This document shows positions 44,740 through 54,523 of a stretch of DNA of 64,000 nt, piece by piece. Location of the stretch: positions 1,734 to 65,733 of IMG/VR virus record IMGVR_UViG_3300014205_000228, one strand, 5' to 3'. The translations under genes were made by a program, and so were the position numbers. The first letter of the stretch is position 1, and every line of letters begins with the position of its first letter. This stretch comes from a virus. Lineage: Duplodnaviria > Caudoviricetes. The notes beneath the pieces were generated by a model, which ran no database searches, was not told where the DNA came from, and saw only the letters and a program-made list of their open reading frames with translations.

Positions 44740-45786
44740 TTAACCGATCGCTGCGCCGTATGAAGATCCGACAATCACGCCGTAGTCTTCGGAGTTAAAG
44801 ATAGACTTAGCCATACCAAAAATACCACCACCTCGAACCATCATGAAACGGTTGGCATCTTTCTGATAAGGAACAAAGGCCATCGTAGTAGACTTGGAAT
44901 CACCAGCACCACCCCAACCGAACACAGCGGCCTGACAACCAAGTAGCAGATTGCGATAGACACCAGACGAGGGAGATCTAACGCGCTCAGATTTGGAGAT
45001 CAGCATCCCGTTATATTCAATTTCGACGCCAGGAACTGCCAATTTGTTAGCCGAACGAAGCAGATCGCCCCACTGTCCCACGTTAGTATTCTCACGAAGA
45101 GCGTCAAAAACGTAGGTGTGAAGAATAACTCTAAAGTATTTCTTTCCACCAATCATCAGAGGACGCACTTTATAACAACCAGTAGAGGGCATTTCCGCAC
45201 GCTGTTTCATTCTGTTAAGGAAGGTCAGGTCGAGCATATCAGCACTGGTCATCGACGCCTCAGCAACATCATTCATCAGAAGAGCATGACCTGACGTCGG
45301 AGCCGTAATTGCCGTAGCAAACGTACCTTTTCCAGCAACCACATTATAACTGGTATCTCCACAAAGAACAGCAAAGGCATAGTCAGACAGTTTTGCAGCC
45401 CACCAATCCTGCAGACCATTCTTCCCCTCAACCATAAGATCGTAAGGAATCCTCTGCTCTTCCATCTTGCCGCCAGTATCAACAGCATGATTAAGTTCTT
45501 CAATCGTCACGGCAAAGTTCTTGAAGATCAGTTTCTCTTCATTTCCTTCAACCGGATCGTTTCCCTGCACACCAGTGCCAGTCAGAGGAAGCCGCAGACC
45601 AAAGGTAATCGTATCACCCTCACCTTTAGCAAGCTCCGTCTTCATCTGAATAATGGCGTTACTATCTTTACCAGTTAGATCATTAAATTCAGTTGCCGGA
45701 AGCAGTACTGAAAAAAGATCTCGTGCCCATTTTTTTCTGGTAAGGGCATCACTTGTCAAAAACTGTGTCTTAGGATTTCCGGCCAT
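44740..45786 (-). CDS. major capsid protein (N4-gp56/DUF4043-like)
   Basis: KGEGDTITFGL, GNEEKL, GKNGLQDWW, LLLGCQAAVFGWG. Confidence 0.85.
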   Translation of the reverse strand: MAGNPKTQFLTSDALTRKKWARDLFSVLLPATEFNDLTGKDSNAIIQMKTELAKGEGDTITFGLRLPLTGTGVQGNDPVEGNEEKLIFKNFAVTIEELNHAVDTGGKMEEQRIPYDLMVEGKNGLQDWWAAKLSDYAFAVLCGDTSYNVVAGKGTFATAITAPTSGHALLMNDVAEASMTSADMLDLTFLNRMKQRAEMPSTGCYKVRPLMIGGKKYFRVILHTYVFDALRENTNVGQWGDLLRSANKLAVPGVEIEYNGMLISKSERVRSPSSGVYRNLLLGCQAAVFGWGGAGDSKSTTMAFVPYQKDANRFMMVRGGGIFGMAKSIFNSEDYGVIVGSSYGAAIG

Positions 45787-45798
45787 TGCTTATCTCCT

Positions 45799-46779
45799 TT
45801 ATGGTAAGTCGTTCTTAAGATACTTTTCGTAAATATCTTTAGGAACTTTTGAAAGTTCATCTTCATCCATCGCATCAATCTTAGCAGAAGTCCATCCGCC
45901 TCCATCTTTGCCGCCACCGCCAGGAAGATCCTGAAGACTCATTGCCTGCTCTTTAGGCTTTTTATCCTCTTTAACATCTTCCTTTTTCTCATCAGACTTC
46001 TTCTCGTCAACAGACTCTTTCTTGTCTACCTTCTCGTCTTTCTGCTTAGCAACTGGCTCTTCAACCTGTACGTAGTCGGGGTGATACTTCTTAACCATCT
46101 CGTACATATACTTATACGGATTAGCAAGTGACCAGATCTCCCTTTCGACCTCGGACATCACCTGTGTAACATCACCACCCTTTTGACTAACGTGGTACTT
46201 GGCCAGCGCTACTATCATATCATCAAAGTGTCGCTGGGATACAACGGTCTCGACATCCTCAAATTTAGGATTAACCTTCATAATCTCAAGCATATCTCCC
46301 AGATATGTTAGTCTTTTCTCGTAGTTAGCACGAGCAGCAGCTTCTTCGTCACTACGAAGTTTTTTGTCATCTTCGTCGACAAGTCCCTTTGACTCCAAAA
46401 GTTTATTTAATCTTTCATACTCCTTTGTTATCTTATCAAGTTCAGCCTTTTGTGCTCTTGTTACAGCACGCAACTCTCGAACTTCCTCATCATCCTGAAG
46501 TTCTTCTTTCTTATCATCCTTCTTATCATCCTTCTTATCATCAACCTTTACTTCTTCTTTTTTGACTTCTTCTTTTTTGGTGCCAACGTCTCCTTTAGTG
46601 TCAGAGGTGTCTTTGCCTTCTTCACCTTTTGCTTTGCCATCTTCGCCCTCCTTCTTATCGTCAACTTTAGTATCTTCTTTAACAGAAGCGTCGATTTTAG
46701 GATCTACCTCAAGCGAGTCTGCCAATTCTTTCTCTGCCTCATCTTGCATAGTCATTAATTCTTCCGCTGTAAATGCCAT
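45799..46779 (-). CDS. scaffolding protein
   Basis: Highly charged (K/D/E), lies between portal and capsid. Confidence 0.75.
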   Translation of the reverse strand: MAFTAEELMTMQDEAEKELADSLEVDPKIDASVKEDTKVDDKKEGEDGKAKGEEGKDTSDTKGDVGTKKEEVKKEEVKVDDKKDDKKDDKKEELQDDEEVRELRAVTRAQKAELDKITKEYERLNKLLESKGLVDEDDKKLRSDEEAAARANYEKRLTYLGDMLEIMKVNPKFEDVETVVSQRHFDDMIVALAKYHVSQKGGDVTQVMSEVEREIWSLANPYKYMYEMVKKYHPDYVQVEEPVAKQKDEKVDKKESVDEKKSDEKKEDVKEDKKPKEQAMSLQDLPGGGGKDGGGWTSAKIDAMDEDELSKVPKDIYEKYLKNDLP

Positions 46780-46856
46780 CTTAAATTCCCTCCCTCTCAG
46801 TTCAAATAAATGTTTGCTGGTATTGTGTCGATAAAAGGAAACAACACAAAACCAAA

Positions 46857-48950
46857 TTACCCTTCACTCTTAACCTTATCCTTTTTCTCCATCCTTGCAG
46901 TCTCGACATTGTCAAGGTGCTCTTTATGCCCAACGCCAAGTTGAGCTTGTATCACACCACTTTCGTGCTCCAACGTATCAAGATGCTCTTTGTGCTGCAC
47001 AATAAGTTGGTCCTCGTTAACTTCCTTATTTGTTTCGCTCTGCAGACTTGCAATAAGCAACTTAATATTAGCATCCATTGATGCGATCTGCAATTTAACA
47101 TCCAAGGCCATCTTTTCCAGTTCTAACTTTGCCTGCTGATCTTGTTGCCCAGCCTGCACAGATGCCATCTTTATCCGCTCTTCCCGTTCCATCATCATTT
47201 TGCTATACTCTTTTACCTTAGTAATAGCAGTCAACGGAAGATCAGAATACTCCATGATCAGATCTGGAGGAATGGTTCCGGGATTATTCTGGCTGTAATC
47301 AGTAAGCATCTGCGCCGTAGCCATACGCATTGTCTGGTTTTCCACAGCTTCATCAATGACCAAGTCGTACTTACCAACAGATATATCGTTAAATCCAGGA
47401 GCGTTGGGGTCTTTCTGTGAGTTGATCTGAATAAGCTTTGCACCTTCTTCACCTTCAATTCGTATAAGTTGTTCATCTGTTACATACTGTTGCATAAGTG
47501 AAAGAAGTTGCTTTCCCGCTTGCATCCGCGATTCTCTATAGTTATCAAAGATGATAAAAAGAACGGCAAGCCCTGTTTCCTGTCTCATCCTAACTGTCAC
47601 TCCAGGCTCCCTGGAGGAGGTTTGCTGACCCATTAAGGAGTCTTGAATACCAGACGCATCCTTCATTGTCTGAGTATCTAAACCTATCAACTGTGCATAG
47701 ACAGGACTGATCTGAGGTTGCTCGCTAAACTTAACTTGCCCTTTTGTAAGTGCTCCCTGCGCAAGTTCCATATGAAAATTTGGTTCAGATGACCTATTTT
47801 CATAACCTTCAATATCAATAACTGTACCAACTTCGTGCATGAAGATACCTTTAGGAGCAGTTTGAAGAAGATGCTGAAGTTGTCTCCTCATAACATTGAT
47901 CCCTCTTTGAGGATCTTTCATAGCTTCAATAGCGCCAAACCAGGCGTTAGTATCATCATCCTTATACGCACCAAATTGAATATAAGGAAATTCTCCGTGA
48001 CGATAAGGAGAAGGACCTTTTTTAATTACTTTAGTATTAGAAAATATTGCATAATATACAGTTTTCTTAAGTTTATCAATAGCAGGAAATTGCTCCTTTT
48101 GCAGAACTTGCCCACTAGGAAGTGTAATACCTTCTTTGATCTTCTTTTTAAAATCACTATATTCTTTTACCGTAAGTGGTTCATTACGTTTAGTTAACGG
48201 ATTCTGCACCCAATATACTTTTTCAATCTTTCGATACCAGCATTCTGTAACACGATACATATTTCTTTCTTGTGAGTAGAAAGACGGATTTTCTGGATTA
48301 CTCTGCGAAAGTTGGGCCATCTCATCCGCTTTGAGATCTGGGAAATAGTATTCCAAATCTTCTTTACTAAAATATTTATCAACAAAGATGAAGCGAGCAT
48401 CTGAAAGATCATATTCAACAGATAACGGATCAAGCCAATAGTCCCTCCCATGTATCCTTTTACTCTTAATTTCAGGTGCATATGGATCATCCCCTGAAAT
48501 ATAGAAATGCAGTAAAGCTCTACCAGCTTTTGCCATATGTTCGAAGCATTCTATCTCGTTTCTAGCAACTCGTGCTGTACGTCGAAAATGTTTAAATGCT
48601 CCATTGGCTATTTCGGATAGTGCGGCATCGTTAGTCTCAACTGGAAATACCATCGGAGCTTTTCTGTTTTGTGAAGCCAACCCAATCAGCATATCAACCT
48701 TAGGTTTAGTTTCGTTGTATACAGTAGCAGTGCGATTCTGCTCTTCGAGAAGATCAAGAACCTCTTGCGTATCCTGTTTGCCACTGTAAAAATCATAAGA
48801 TTCTTTGGCCAACTCACGCCAATCAGACTCAGACGTAGCAGTCTCTGCTGAGTGAAGCCACTCCATCATCTTATTCAACAGTTTTACATCATCATCTGTT
48901 CCGTCAGAATTAGCCTGTTTAATTATTGCACTATCATCAATAATGTTCAT
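46857..48950 (-). CDS. portal protein (P22-like)
   Basis: 697 aa; YDFYSGKQ, DLSDARF, FGAIEAMKDPQRGIN, coiled C-terminal barrel. Confidence 0.85.
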   Translation of the reverse strand: MNIIDDSAIIKQANSDGTDDDVKLLNKMMEWLHSAETATSESDWRELAKESYDFYSGKQDTQEVLDLLEEQNRTATVYNETKPKVDMLIGLASQNRKAPMVFPVETNDAALSEIANGAFKHFRRTARVARNEIECFEHMAKAGRALLHFYISGDDPYAPEIKSKRIHGRDYWLDPLSVEYDLSDARFIFVDKYFSKEDLEYYFPDLKADEMAQLSQSNPENPSFYSQERNMYRVTECWYRKIEKVYWVQNPLTKRNEPLTVKEYSDFKKKIKEGITLPSGQVLQKEQFPAIDKLKKTVYYAIFSNTKVIKKGPSPYRHGEFPYIQFGAYKDDDTNAWFGAIEAMKDPQRGINVMRRQLQHLLQTAPKGIFMHEVGTVIDIEGYENRSSEPNFHMELAQGALTKGQVKFSEQPQISPVYAQLIGLDTQTMKDASGIQDSLMGQQTSSREPGVTVRMRQETGLAVLFIIFDNYRESRMQAGKQLLSLMQQYVTDEQLIRIEGEEGAKLIQINSQKDPNAPGFNDISVGKYDLVIDEAVENQTMRMATAQMLTDYSQNNPGTIPPDLIMEYSDLPLTAITKVKEYSKMMMEREERIKMASVQAGQQDQQAKLELEKMALDVKLQIASMDANIKLLIASLQSETNKEVNEDQLIVQHKEHLDTLEHESGVIQAQLGVGHKEHLDNVETARMEKKDKVKSEG

Positions 48951-49144
48951 TAGCTTTTAGGCCTCGCAACACTAGACTTTCCCTTACCCTTCCTAAGTAT
49001 CGCAGCAAACTCAGGATTGTGCTCCACAGCGTTCAACAATTTAATCTGACTCTTTGCGTTCTTCTCAGTCATGTGTTTACCATGAACACTATTGGGTGAA
49101 CTCACTGTGTAACCACCTCTTCTTTTAACCATCTTAAATGGCAT
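48950..49144 (-). CDS. small basic conserved phage protein
   Basis: MPFK...KNAKSQIKLLNAVEH. Confidence 0.6.
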   Translation of the reverse strand: MPFKMVKRRGGYTVSSPNSVHGKHMTEKNAKSQIKLLNAVEHNPEFAAILRKGKGKSSVARPKS

Positions 49145-49156
49145 TTCATACCTCTG

Positions 49157-49546
49157 TTAAAGGCAACGTGCGCCAGAATAAGTAATGTAATCAATCTGTT
49201 CCTCTGTGAAGTCGTAATCAATACAAAGAAAATCCAGAACATCTGAGATAGAGATAGTACGTCTTTTTCTGAGAAACCATCTCCAAACTTTCTTTCTGTT
49301 AATATTACACTGTTCAAGATCGTTCTCTTTATTAATACCAGTAACAATAGATGTTACTGTATTTAACACAGTTATCTTAGCATGGCAATGCGAACACAAA
49401 GGTGCAGTCTTTTCTGGTATATAGGTAATATGATGATTAGCAATCTTCTTAGTGCTTTTGCACTTTCTGCAAAACTGCACCGCAAACAGTGGTTTACTAC
49501 TGTTACCTAAAGATTGTTTCAGTTTTTGTATATCTTGTTCTGTCAT
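49157..49546 (-). CDS. HNH-like endonuclease
   Basis: CRKC...HHITY...LCSHCH. Confidence 0.6.
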   Translation of the reverse strand: MTEQDIQKLKQSLGNSSKPLFAVQFCRKCKSTKKIANHHITYIPEKTAPLCSHCHAKITVLNTVTSIVTGINKENDLEQCNINRKKVWRWFLRKRRTISISDVLDFLCIDYDFTEEQIDYITYSGARCL

Positions 49547-49596
49547 ATTACCTTACCAAATCAGGTAGCGCCGTTTCAAAAAGAGACAACACAAGG

Positions 49597-49953
49597 TCAA
49601 TTATTGCGGCTGCCCATCCCACCAGACTGAACATCATACCCGCTACCCTGTCCACCTTGCTGCTCCTGTTGCATCCTCATCATAAAGGCCTGTGCTATTT
49701 GAGGCACTAATTGCACAAGAATCTGATACTTCTGGTCAGGACTTCCTTCCATAGTAGCCAGTTTCTTAGCAATATCATCCACCATAGGATCTACTCCACC
49801 CTGCCCTCCGCCTTGGGGTGGGGGCATGGTAGCAGCAGGACCCGGAGCAGAACCTGCAACGGCCTCAGGGGAGGGAAGTTCCTGTGACTGATGAGGTTGT
49901 TGCTCCGAGGCCATTAGTTTCTGAATAATGAAATCTGATATTTTGCCAGCCAT
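49597..49953 (-). CDS. Gln/Gly/Pro-rich hypothetical protein
   Basis: GGAG RBS; low-complexity. Confidence 0.6.
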   Translation of the reverse strand: MAGKISDFIIQKLMASEQQPHQSQELPSPEAVAGSAPGPAATMPPPQGGGQGGVDPMVDDIAKKLATMEGSPDQKYQILVQLVPQIAQAFMMRMQQEQQGGQGSGYDVQSGGMGSRNN

Positions 49954-50006
49954 TGCCTCTCTCCTGTTATGTTTTCAAGTATCGTACATTTATTGGACGG
50001 GTCTTA

Positions 50007-50432
50007 TTATACTTTCGGTTTAGCTACTGGTATAGGTTTAAGTACTTTAAGTGAATCTAAGGCATTTTCATGTTCCTTTGTACTATTCATTGCTTTAAGT
50101 ATTCGCATGGGAGCACTGTCATTGATATTAAAATATAATTTTGTTTTATCTTCTTTTGTTAAAGTACTATTATCAACCTTTTCTCCTGAAGAAAGTTTCC
50201 AACCCGAACCACTTCTTTCAGTAAACTTAAACCATTGTGGAATATTTCCCTTTCCATGACCTCTTGCTGCTTTTACATTTATAATGTGATCACCTTTATA
50301 ATGCACAATCCTATAAGGATTATTTTCAGGTCCACGACAATGAGTTAAGCCCTCTGGATCATGCTCATAGTTGTGAAAATACTGCAATACTGAATTATAA
50401 GTACGATCACTGTTCAGCATTTTATTCTCCAA
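50007..50432 (-). CDS. hypothetical basic protein
   Basis: 141-aa ORF in packaging region. Confidence 0.55.
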   Translation of the reverse strand: MENKMLNSDRTYNSVLQYFHNYEHDPEGLTHCRGPENNPYRIVHYKGDHIINVKAARGHGKGNIPQWFKFTERSGSGWKLSSGEKVDNSTLTKEDKTKLYFNINDSAPMRILKAMNSTKEHENALDSLKVLKPIPVAKPKV

Positions 50433-51073
50433 ATATCACAGAAACCATATTTGTTTCTATTTATTATATCCTCAGGTATTTTGCCCTGCGCTATAGTATT
50501 CATTATTCTTTTCCTACTGCCAGTAGCTATTTTATCATGAAGTGGAATACGTGACATAAGACCAACTAAATTTTCATCGAGATAAGGTAGGTATACATCT
50601 ACACTACCTGATTCATTGTCTAATATAGATAAATGATCAGGTATTAACCTACTTAAATAGTGGTAATATACCGCATGTGACAAGTATTTAGTATGATCAT
50701 AGTAGCCTCCCATATACTCATCTACACCATCTCCTGCTATAATAGAAGTAACTTCATATCTTATAAGTTCGTCATAAAATGTCTTATACACAGGTTTATC
50801 ATCTTTACTATAAAACACAACATGCTTTACACCAAAAAATTTTGCTGCTAAACGAGAGTAAAAAACATCAGGATGATCCTCACACATTGCTGTAGTATAA
50901 CAAGTTACATCTTTTCCCACTTCCTTAAGCGCACACAGTAAAAGTACTGAATCAATACCACCAGAAAGTGAAAGATTATAGCAAGGAATATCATCAAGTA
51001 CCTCAAGTAAAATACTATAAATATATTCTTGTGTAGGAATCTGTTGTTTCCACTTATAAGGAAATACTATCAT
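50414..51073 (-). CDS. asparagine-synthase-like ATP pyrophosphatase domain (no glutaminase domain)
   Basis: LSLSGGIDS, GDGVDEYMGGY, LPYLD, KYGF; ATGA-coupled to terL stop (start moved to 51073). Confidence 0.8.
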   Translation of the reverse strand: MIVFPYKWKQQIPTQEYIYSILLEVLDDIPCYNLSLSGGIDSVLLLCALKEVGKDVTCYTTAMCEDHPDVFYSRLAAKFFGVKHVVFYSKDDKPVYKTFYDELIRYEVTSIIAGDGVDEYMGGYYDHTKYLSHAVYYHYLSRLIPDHLSILDNESGSVDVYLPYLDENLVGLMSRIPLHDKIATGSRKRIMNTIAQGKIPEDIINRNKYGFCDIWRIKC

Positions 51074-53562
51074 ACCGCCATCCATCTTTGCGAACGAACT
51101 CGTCCAGATCCCTTACTTCTATTAAACTGCCAAGGTCTAATCACCTTACTTTTTTCGGGTCTCGCCTTCTTAAACACTTTGGTAGAGATGTTAGAAAAGT
51201 ATTCAGACAGACACAAAGCATCCGCAATATTAGGTGACGCTATGCCCCGTGCCTTAAGTTCTTTCTTCGACTCTACCTTAATCCCGCCGTGGGAGTTAAA
51301 GTCATATCTAACAGAACCAAGTTCATTAGCCAGTTGTTGGCCCAAAGACTCTGTGTCGTCGGGATTCTTTACGTCAGGAAAACTGTATATTCCCAAAGCA
51401 CACTTATCCCGCACAGCACACCAAAGTTGATCCCTTAAACGATCAAACTTTTCCAGTCCAATGGATGCCTCGGTAACATTCACCTGATATAGGTTTCGCA
51501 GATTGTGTTTAAACAACCAGTCTGAAACACCAGCTCCAACACCAATTACGTCTATTGCGCAACCAGCTGCTTCCATTTCCTGGTAGGACTGAAGGATAAA
51601 TCCTCCCAAAGAGATAGTGTTCAATCCGTTGAACCTTTCCCAAGGACTAATAAGATTACCTCTTCTTGGCAGTATAACCGAATCATCTGATCCGAACCGA
51701 GCAACATCCACACCTAAATACAAGGGTTCATCATCTGCCACATCGAACTCGTTTCCAATACACTGTTCCGCAGTGTAAAGGGGAATAAGGGTTGTATCAT
51801 CTGCCAGAGGAGGTAATCCTTCAACACGTATTCTGTAAATGTTAGAGTTAATCCCATACTTTCTTGCCATGTAGTCAGGATAAGATGGATCGACATTAGT
51901 ACTCTTTCGGGAATCCCAACGTAGTTTTAACCAATCCTGTCGAATAGAATTATGATAATGAGTATCATAAAAGTAACCTTGACCTCTTGTGACATTTCCT
52001 ATAAGAATAACCTTATTATCTGCCTGCGTAAGTGCGCCCTCTAAAGGTATAAATACAGGATCAGGAATACCAGATGCCTCATCAGCAATTATCAGCAAAT
52101 GATCAGCATGGAGACCAGCTAAGGTTTCGGCTTGTTCATCTTTACTTGCACGTGCAGATACAGATATTGTTCTTAACCACCAGTCTTTAGGATTATCCTT
52201 CTGAAAAATCTTGTCCTTGAGCATGACAAATTCATCTGCTAGTACAGATCGACGTAACCATTTAGCAGTTTCTGCCATAAAGATATCACTTAATTGGTGA
52301 GCTGTTGGTGCAGTAACTGGAACTTTAGAAAATGGTCTTGTTACCAAAAACCAAAGTGCTATCCATGATACACAGGCATCTTTGCCGCAGTTATGCACAA
52401 CACTAAAATCACCAAGAACAAATTTATGATTACCATCTGTCTTAAATCCAAAGTAACTGCCCGTACCTAAACTAATTACAGTTACTGCATTACCTAGTCC
52501 TGTAATTCTCTTTTTTATCTTTCGTGAAAGTATCTTATGTTCTACCTTAACTGGAATTCTACTCACATTCCTAGATAGTGCAATCTGATAAGACATTTTA
52601 CCTTCTACTTTTATACCATTTTTGTTAGGAAACTCAGTAGATCTTATATTAATAGTAGTATGTATTCCACACGATCTAGCAAGTGTTACTATATTATAAG
52701 CTAACTCTTTATTAGATTGCGATATCATGTAAAAATGGTTTTCTTTATCAGGTAAACATCCGTCAGTATCTATTAATCCTGCCAATACCTGTAGTCGTAT
52801 TTCCAGTGAATTATACAAATACTCCTTAGGTATATGTTTATTCTTCCACAATTTATACCCTTTAAGGTAGGTAAGAAATAGATTTTCTTCGCCATTAACA
52901 CTATCAATACGATACGAAATATCATTCTTAGTTGTCTTTTGAGATACCATTCCATTTGTTTGCGCAAACATATCCCAAATCCTAAGTATTTCAGGTTCTA
53001 TATTAGTTAATGTAGTATCATTTGCTGACCCGTCGCCAAGCCACAAACCTAGAATATATGGTGGGATAGCAACAGGGAAATAGTCATATTTAATACCAAC
53101 TCTATATCCTTTATAATGACTTTTGAATGAATCATTCAACACCATAAATTCTTTGGGTTGTATAAGTATCTCTCTGTTTATATCATCACGTCGTAATACA
53201 AGTGAATGTGCCTCATTAACATCATAATAAGTACCGTCACTGTATTGTATTCGATACATAGGAGCTACTCCTTGGTACAACTCGAGAACTTCCCTGGGAG
53301 TACTATCGTCTCCCATAACCAAGTCTCCTATTTCGATGTCTTCAACATTTTTGTATCCGTAAGGATACATATGCACAACTGTACCTCTAGCAAAACAACC
53401 GTGTCCTGAATGAACAGAAATACGCTTGTTATCTTTGACAGCCATAAGGAGTTCGATCTGTTGCTCTGAAGGTGTAACCTGGATACAGTCTGCCACAAAC
53501 TGAAGTGGACTGTTCTTCCACTCCTGCAATTTCTTCAAAACTCCTTTATTCAGTTCTACCAT
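51070..53562 (-). CDS. terL: terminase large subunit (intein-containing)
   Basis: Walker A SGHG/CGK split by intein, IADEASG, LIGNVT, LGVDVARFGSD, IDVIGVGAG, SPNIADAL. Confidence 0.92.
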   Translation of the reverse strand: MVELNKGVLKKLQEWKNSPLQFVADCIQVTPSEQQIELLMAVKDNKRISVHSGHGCFARGTVVHMYPYGYKNVEDIEIGDLVMGDDSTPREVLELYQGVAPMYRIQYSDGTYYDVNEAHSLVLRRDDINREILIQPKEFMVLNDSFKSHYKGYRVGIKYDYFPVAIPPYILGLWLGDGSANDTTLTNIEPEILRIWDMFAQTNGMVSQKTTKNDISYRIDSVNGEENLFLTYLKGYKLWKNKHIPKEYLYNSLEIRLQVLAGLIDTDGCLPDKENHFYMISQSNKELAYNIVTLARSCGIHTTINIRSTEFPNKNGIKVEGKMSYQIALSRNVSRIPVKVEHKILSRKIKKRITGLGNAVTVISLGTGSYFGFKTDGNHKFVLGDFSVVHNCGKDACVSWIALWFLVTRPFSKVPVTAPTAHQLSDIFMAETAKWLRRSVLADEFVMLKDKIFQKDNPKDWWLRTISVSARASKDEQAETLAGLHADHLLIIADEASGIPDPVFIPLEGALTQADNKVILIGNVTRGQGYFYDTHYHNSIRQDWLKLRWDSRKSTNVDPSYPDYMARKYGINSNIYRIRVEGLPPLADDTTLIPLYTAEQCIGNEFDVADDEPLYLGVDVARFGSDDSVILPRRGNLISPWERFNGLNTISLGGFILQSYQEMEAAGCAIDVIGVGAGVSDWLFKHNLRNLYQVNVTEASIGLEKFDRLRDQLWCAVRDKCALGIYSFPDVKNPDDTESLGQQLANELGSVRYDFNSHGGIKVESKKELKARGIASPNIADALCLSEYFSNISTKVFKKARPEKSKVIRPWQFNRSKGSGRVRSQRWMAV
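52390..53397 (-). mobile_element. intein with LAGLIDADG homing endonuclease (336 aa)
   Basis: Starts CFARGT, contains LGLWLGDG and LAGLIDTDG, ends VVHN followed by Cys+1. Confidence 0.92.
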
Positions 53563-53664
53563 TTAATTAATCCAGTTGTATATGATAAAAGCAGAAGCAA
53601 CACAAAATGAAAACAATGTAAGCAACACAAAGATTAATTCGTTTTTATTGGGAAATCCTAACAT
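53563..53664 (-). CDS. 33-aa membrane peptide (not in ORF track)
   Basis: MLGFPNKNELIFVLLTLFSFCVASAFIIYNWIN; AAGGTG RBS; stop abuts terL ATG. Confidence 0.45.
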   Translation of the reverse strand: MLGFPNKNELIFVLLTLFSFCVASAFIIYNWIN

Positions 53665-53679
53665 AATATACACCTTTAA

Positions 53680-54067
53680 ATAGGCAGGGAGATGCCTTAA
53701 CTATTTCTTCTCGTGTTTGATAACTAAGTCAACAGACGCACTGCTAACCTTCTTTGCCCTCTTCAACATCTCCCGCTCTTCATAGTTAGGAGGTCCGATT
53801 GTAAACATGATCTGAGTTTGTTTCTCATCATGCCAGACCTTCTTCCCATACCTTTTTCTAGTGGCCTTAATAGTCAACTTTGGACTAACAAACTTTGTTA
53901 CCTTATAAGCGCCACCACAAAGTATTTCATTTGCTAATTCTGAAAATACTCGAAGTATTGTTGCAGTATCTTCAGTCATGTTAAACTCTTTTCTCTTTTC
54001 CATTCTTTAATCTCCTTTTAGCTTCCAAAGGAAGCGCTCCAAAGATAAGGTCAGTCTCCCTGCCTAT
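53680..54067. repeat. 13-bp perfect (about 20-bp imperfect) inverted repeats flanking one ORF
   Basis: ATAGGCAGGGAGA 53680-53692 and TCTCCCTGCCTAT 54055-54067. Confidence 0.8.
53701..54003 (-). CDS. hypothetical basic protein inside inverted repeats
   Basis: AGGAG RBS. Confidence 0.65.
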   Translation of the reverse strand: MEKRKEFNMTEDTATILRVFSELANEILCGGAYKVTKFVSPKLTIKATRKRYGKKVWHDEKQTQIMFTIGPPNYEEREMLKRAKKVSSASVDLVIKHEKK

Positions 54068-54522
54068 ATTAATTCTGGTATCTTATCACCTTCATTAAGA
54101 TCTTCAAACTCACCTTCCTCGAAACATGCAGGAAGTAAAGGAGTTTTTGCAGATGCCATCTCCTGTTGCTCTAAATGGATCAAATGAGCTACTAATCCTT
54201 TTATTTCCGTAGGTTTCCCCTCGACCACCAACTCTTTGTCCTTCAATATTTTGTAGCAAAGTACGAGATCCTTAAGGCCTGCTTCCTCAATCTTGTCGGG
54301 GGTTATTGCCTCCAACACCCGAGCCTGCAATTCAGTCAACTGCAAGGACTGCAAGGTACGATACTGGAGGATCAAATCATGTTTGGACTGGATGTCCGCA
54401 ATCCGCTTAGTGAGGGTCGGGATTGAGATTCCAAGTTCCTTCGCTTGATCCTTCTGGATCATACCCTGCGAAGCAAAGTCAAAGAGGATATCCAAATCCA
54501 GTTCCTTCTTGGGTCGTCCCAT
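54064..54522 (-). CDS. terS: terminase small subunit candidate
   Basis: MGRPKK, HTH (AKELGISIPTL), upstream of terL; start moved to ATG 54522. Confidence 0.6.
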   Translation of the reverse strand: MGRPKKELDLDILFDFASQGMIQKDQAKELGISIPTLTKRIADIQSKHDLILQYRTLQSLQLTELQARVLEAITPDKIEEAGLKDLVLCYKILKDKELVVEGKPTEIKGLVAHLIHLEQQEMASAKTPLLPACFEEGEFEDLNEGDKIPELI

Positions 54523-54523
54523 C

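Noticed and set aside
46503-46545. 12-bp tandem repeat TTCTTATCATCC x3
   Set aside because: Simply encodes the DDKK repeats of the scaffolding protein.
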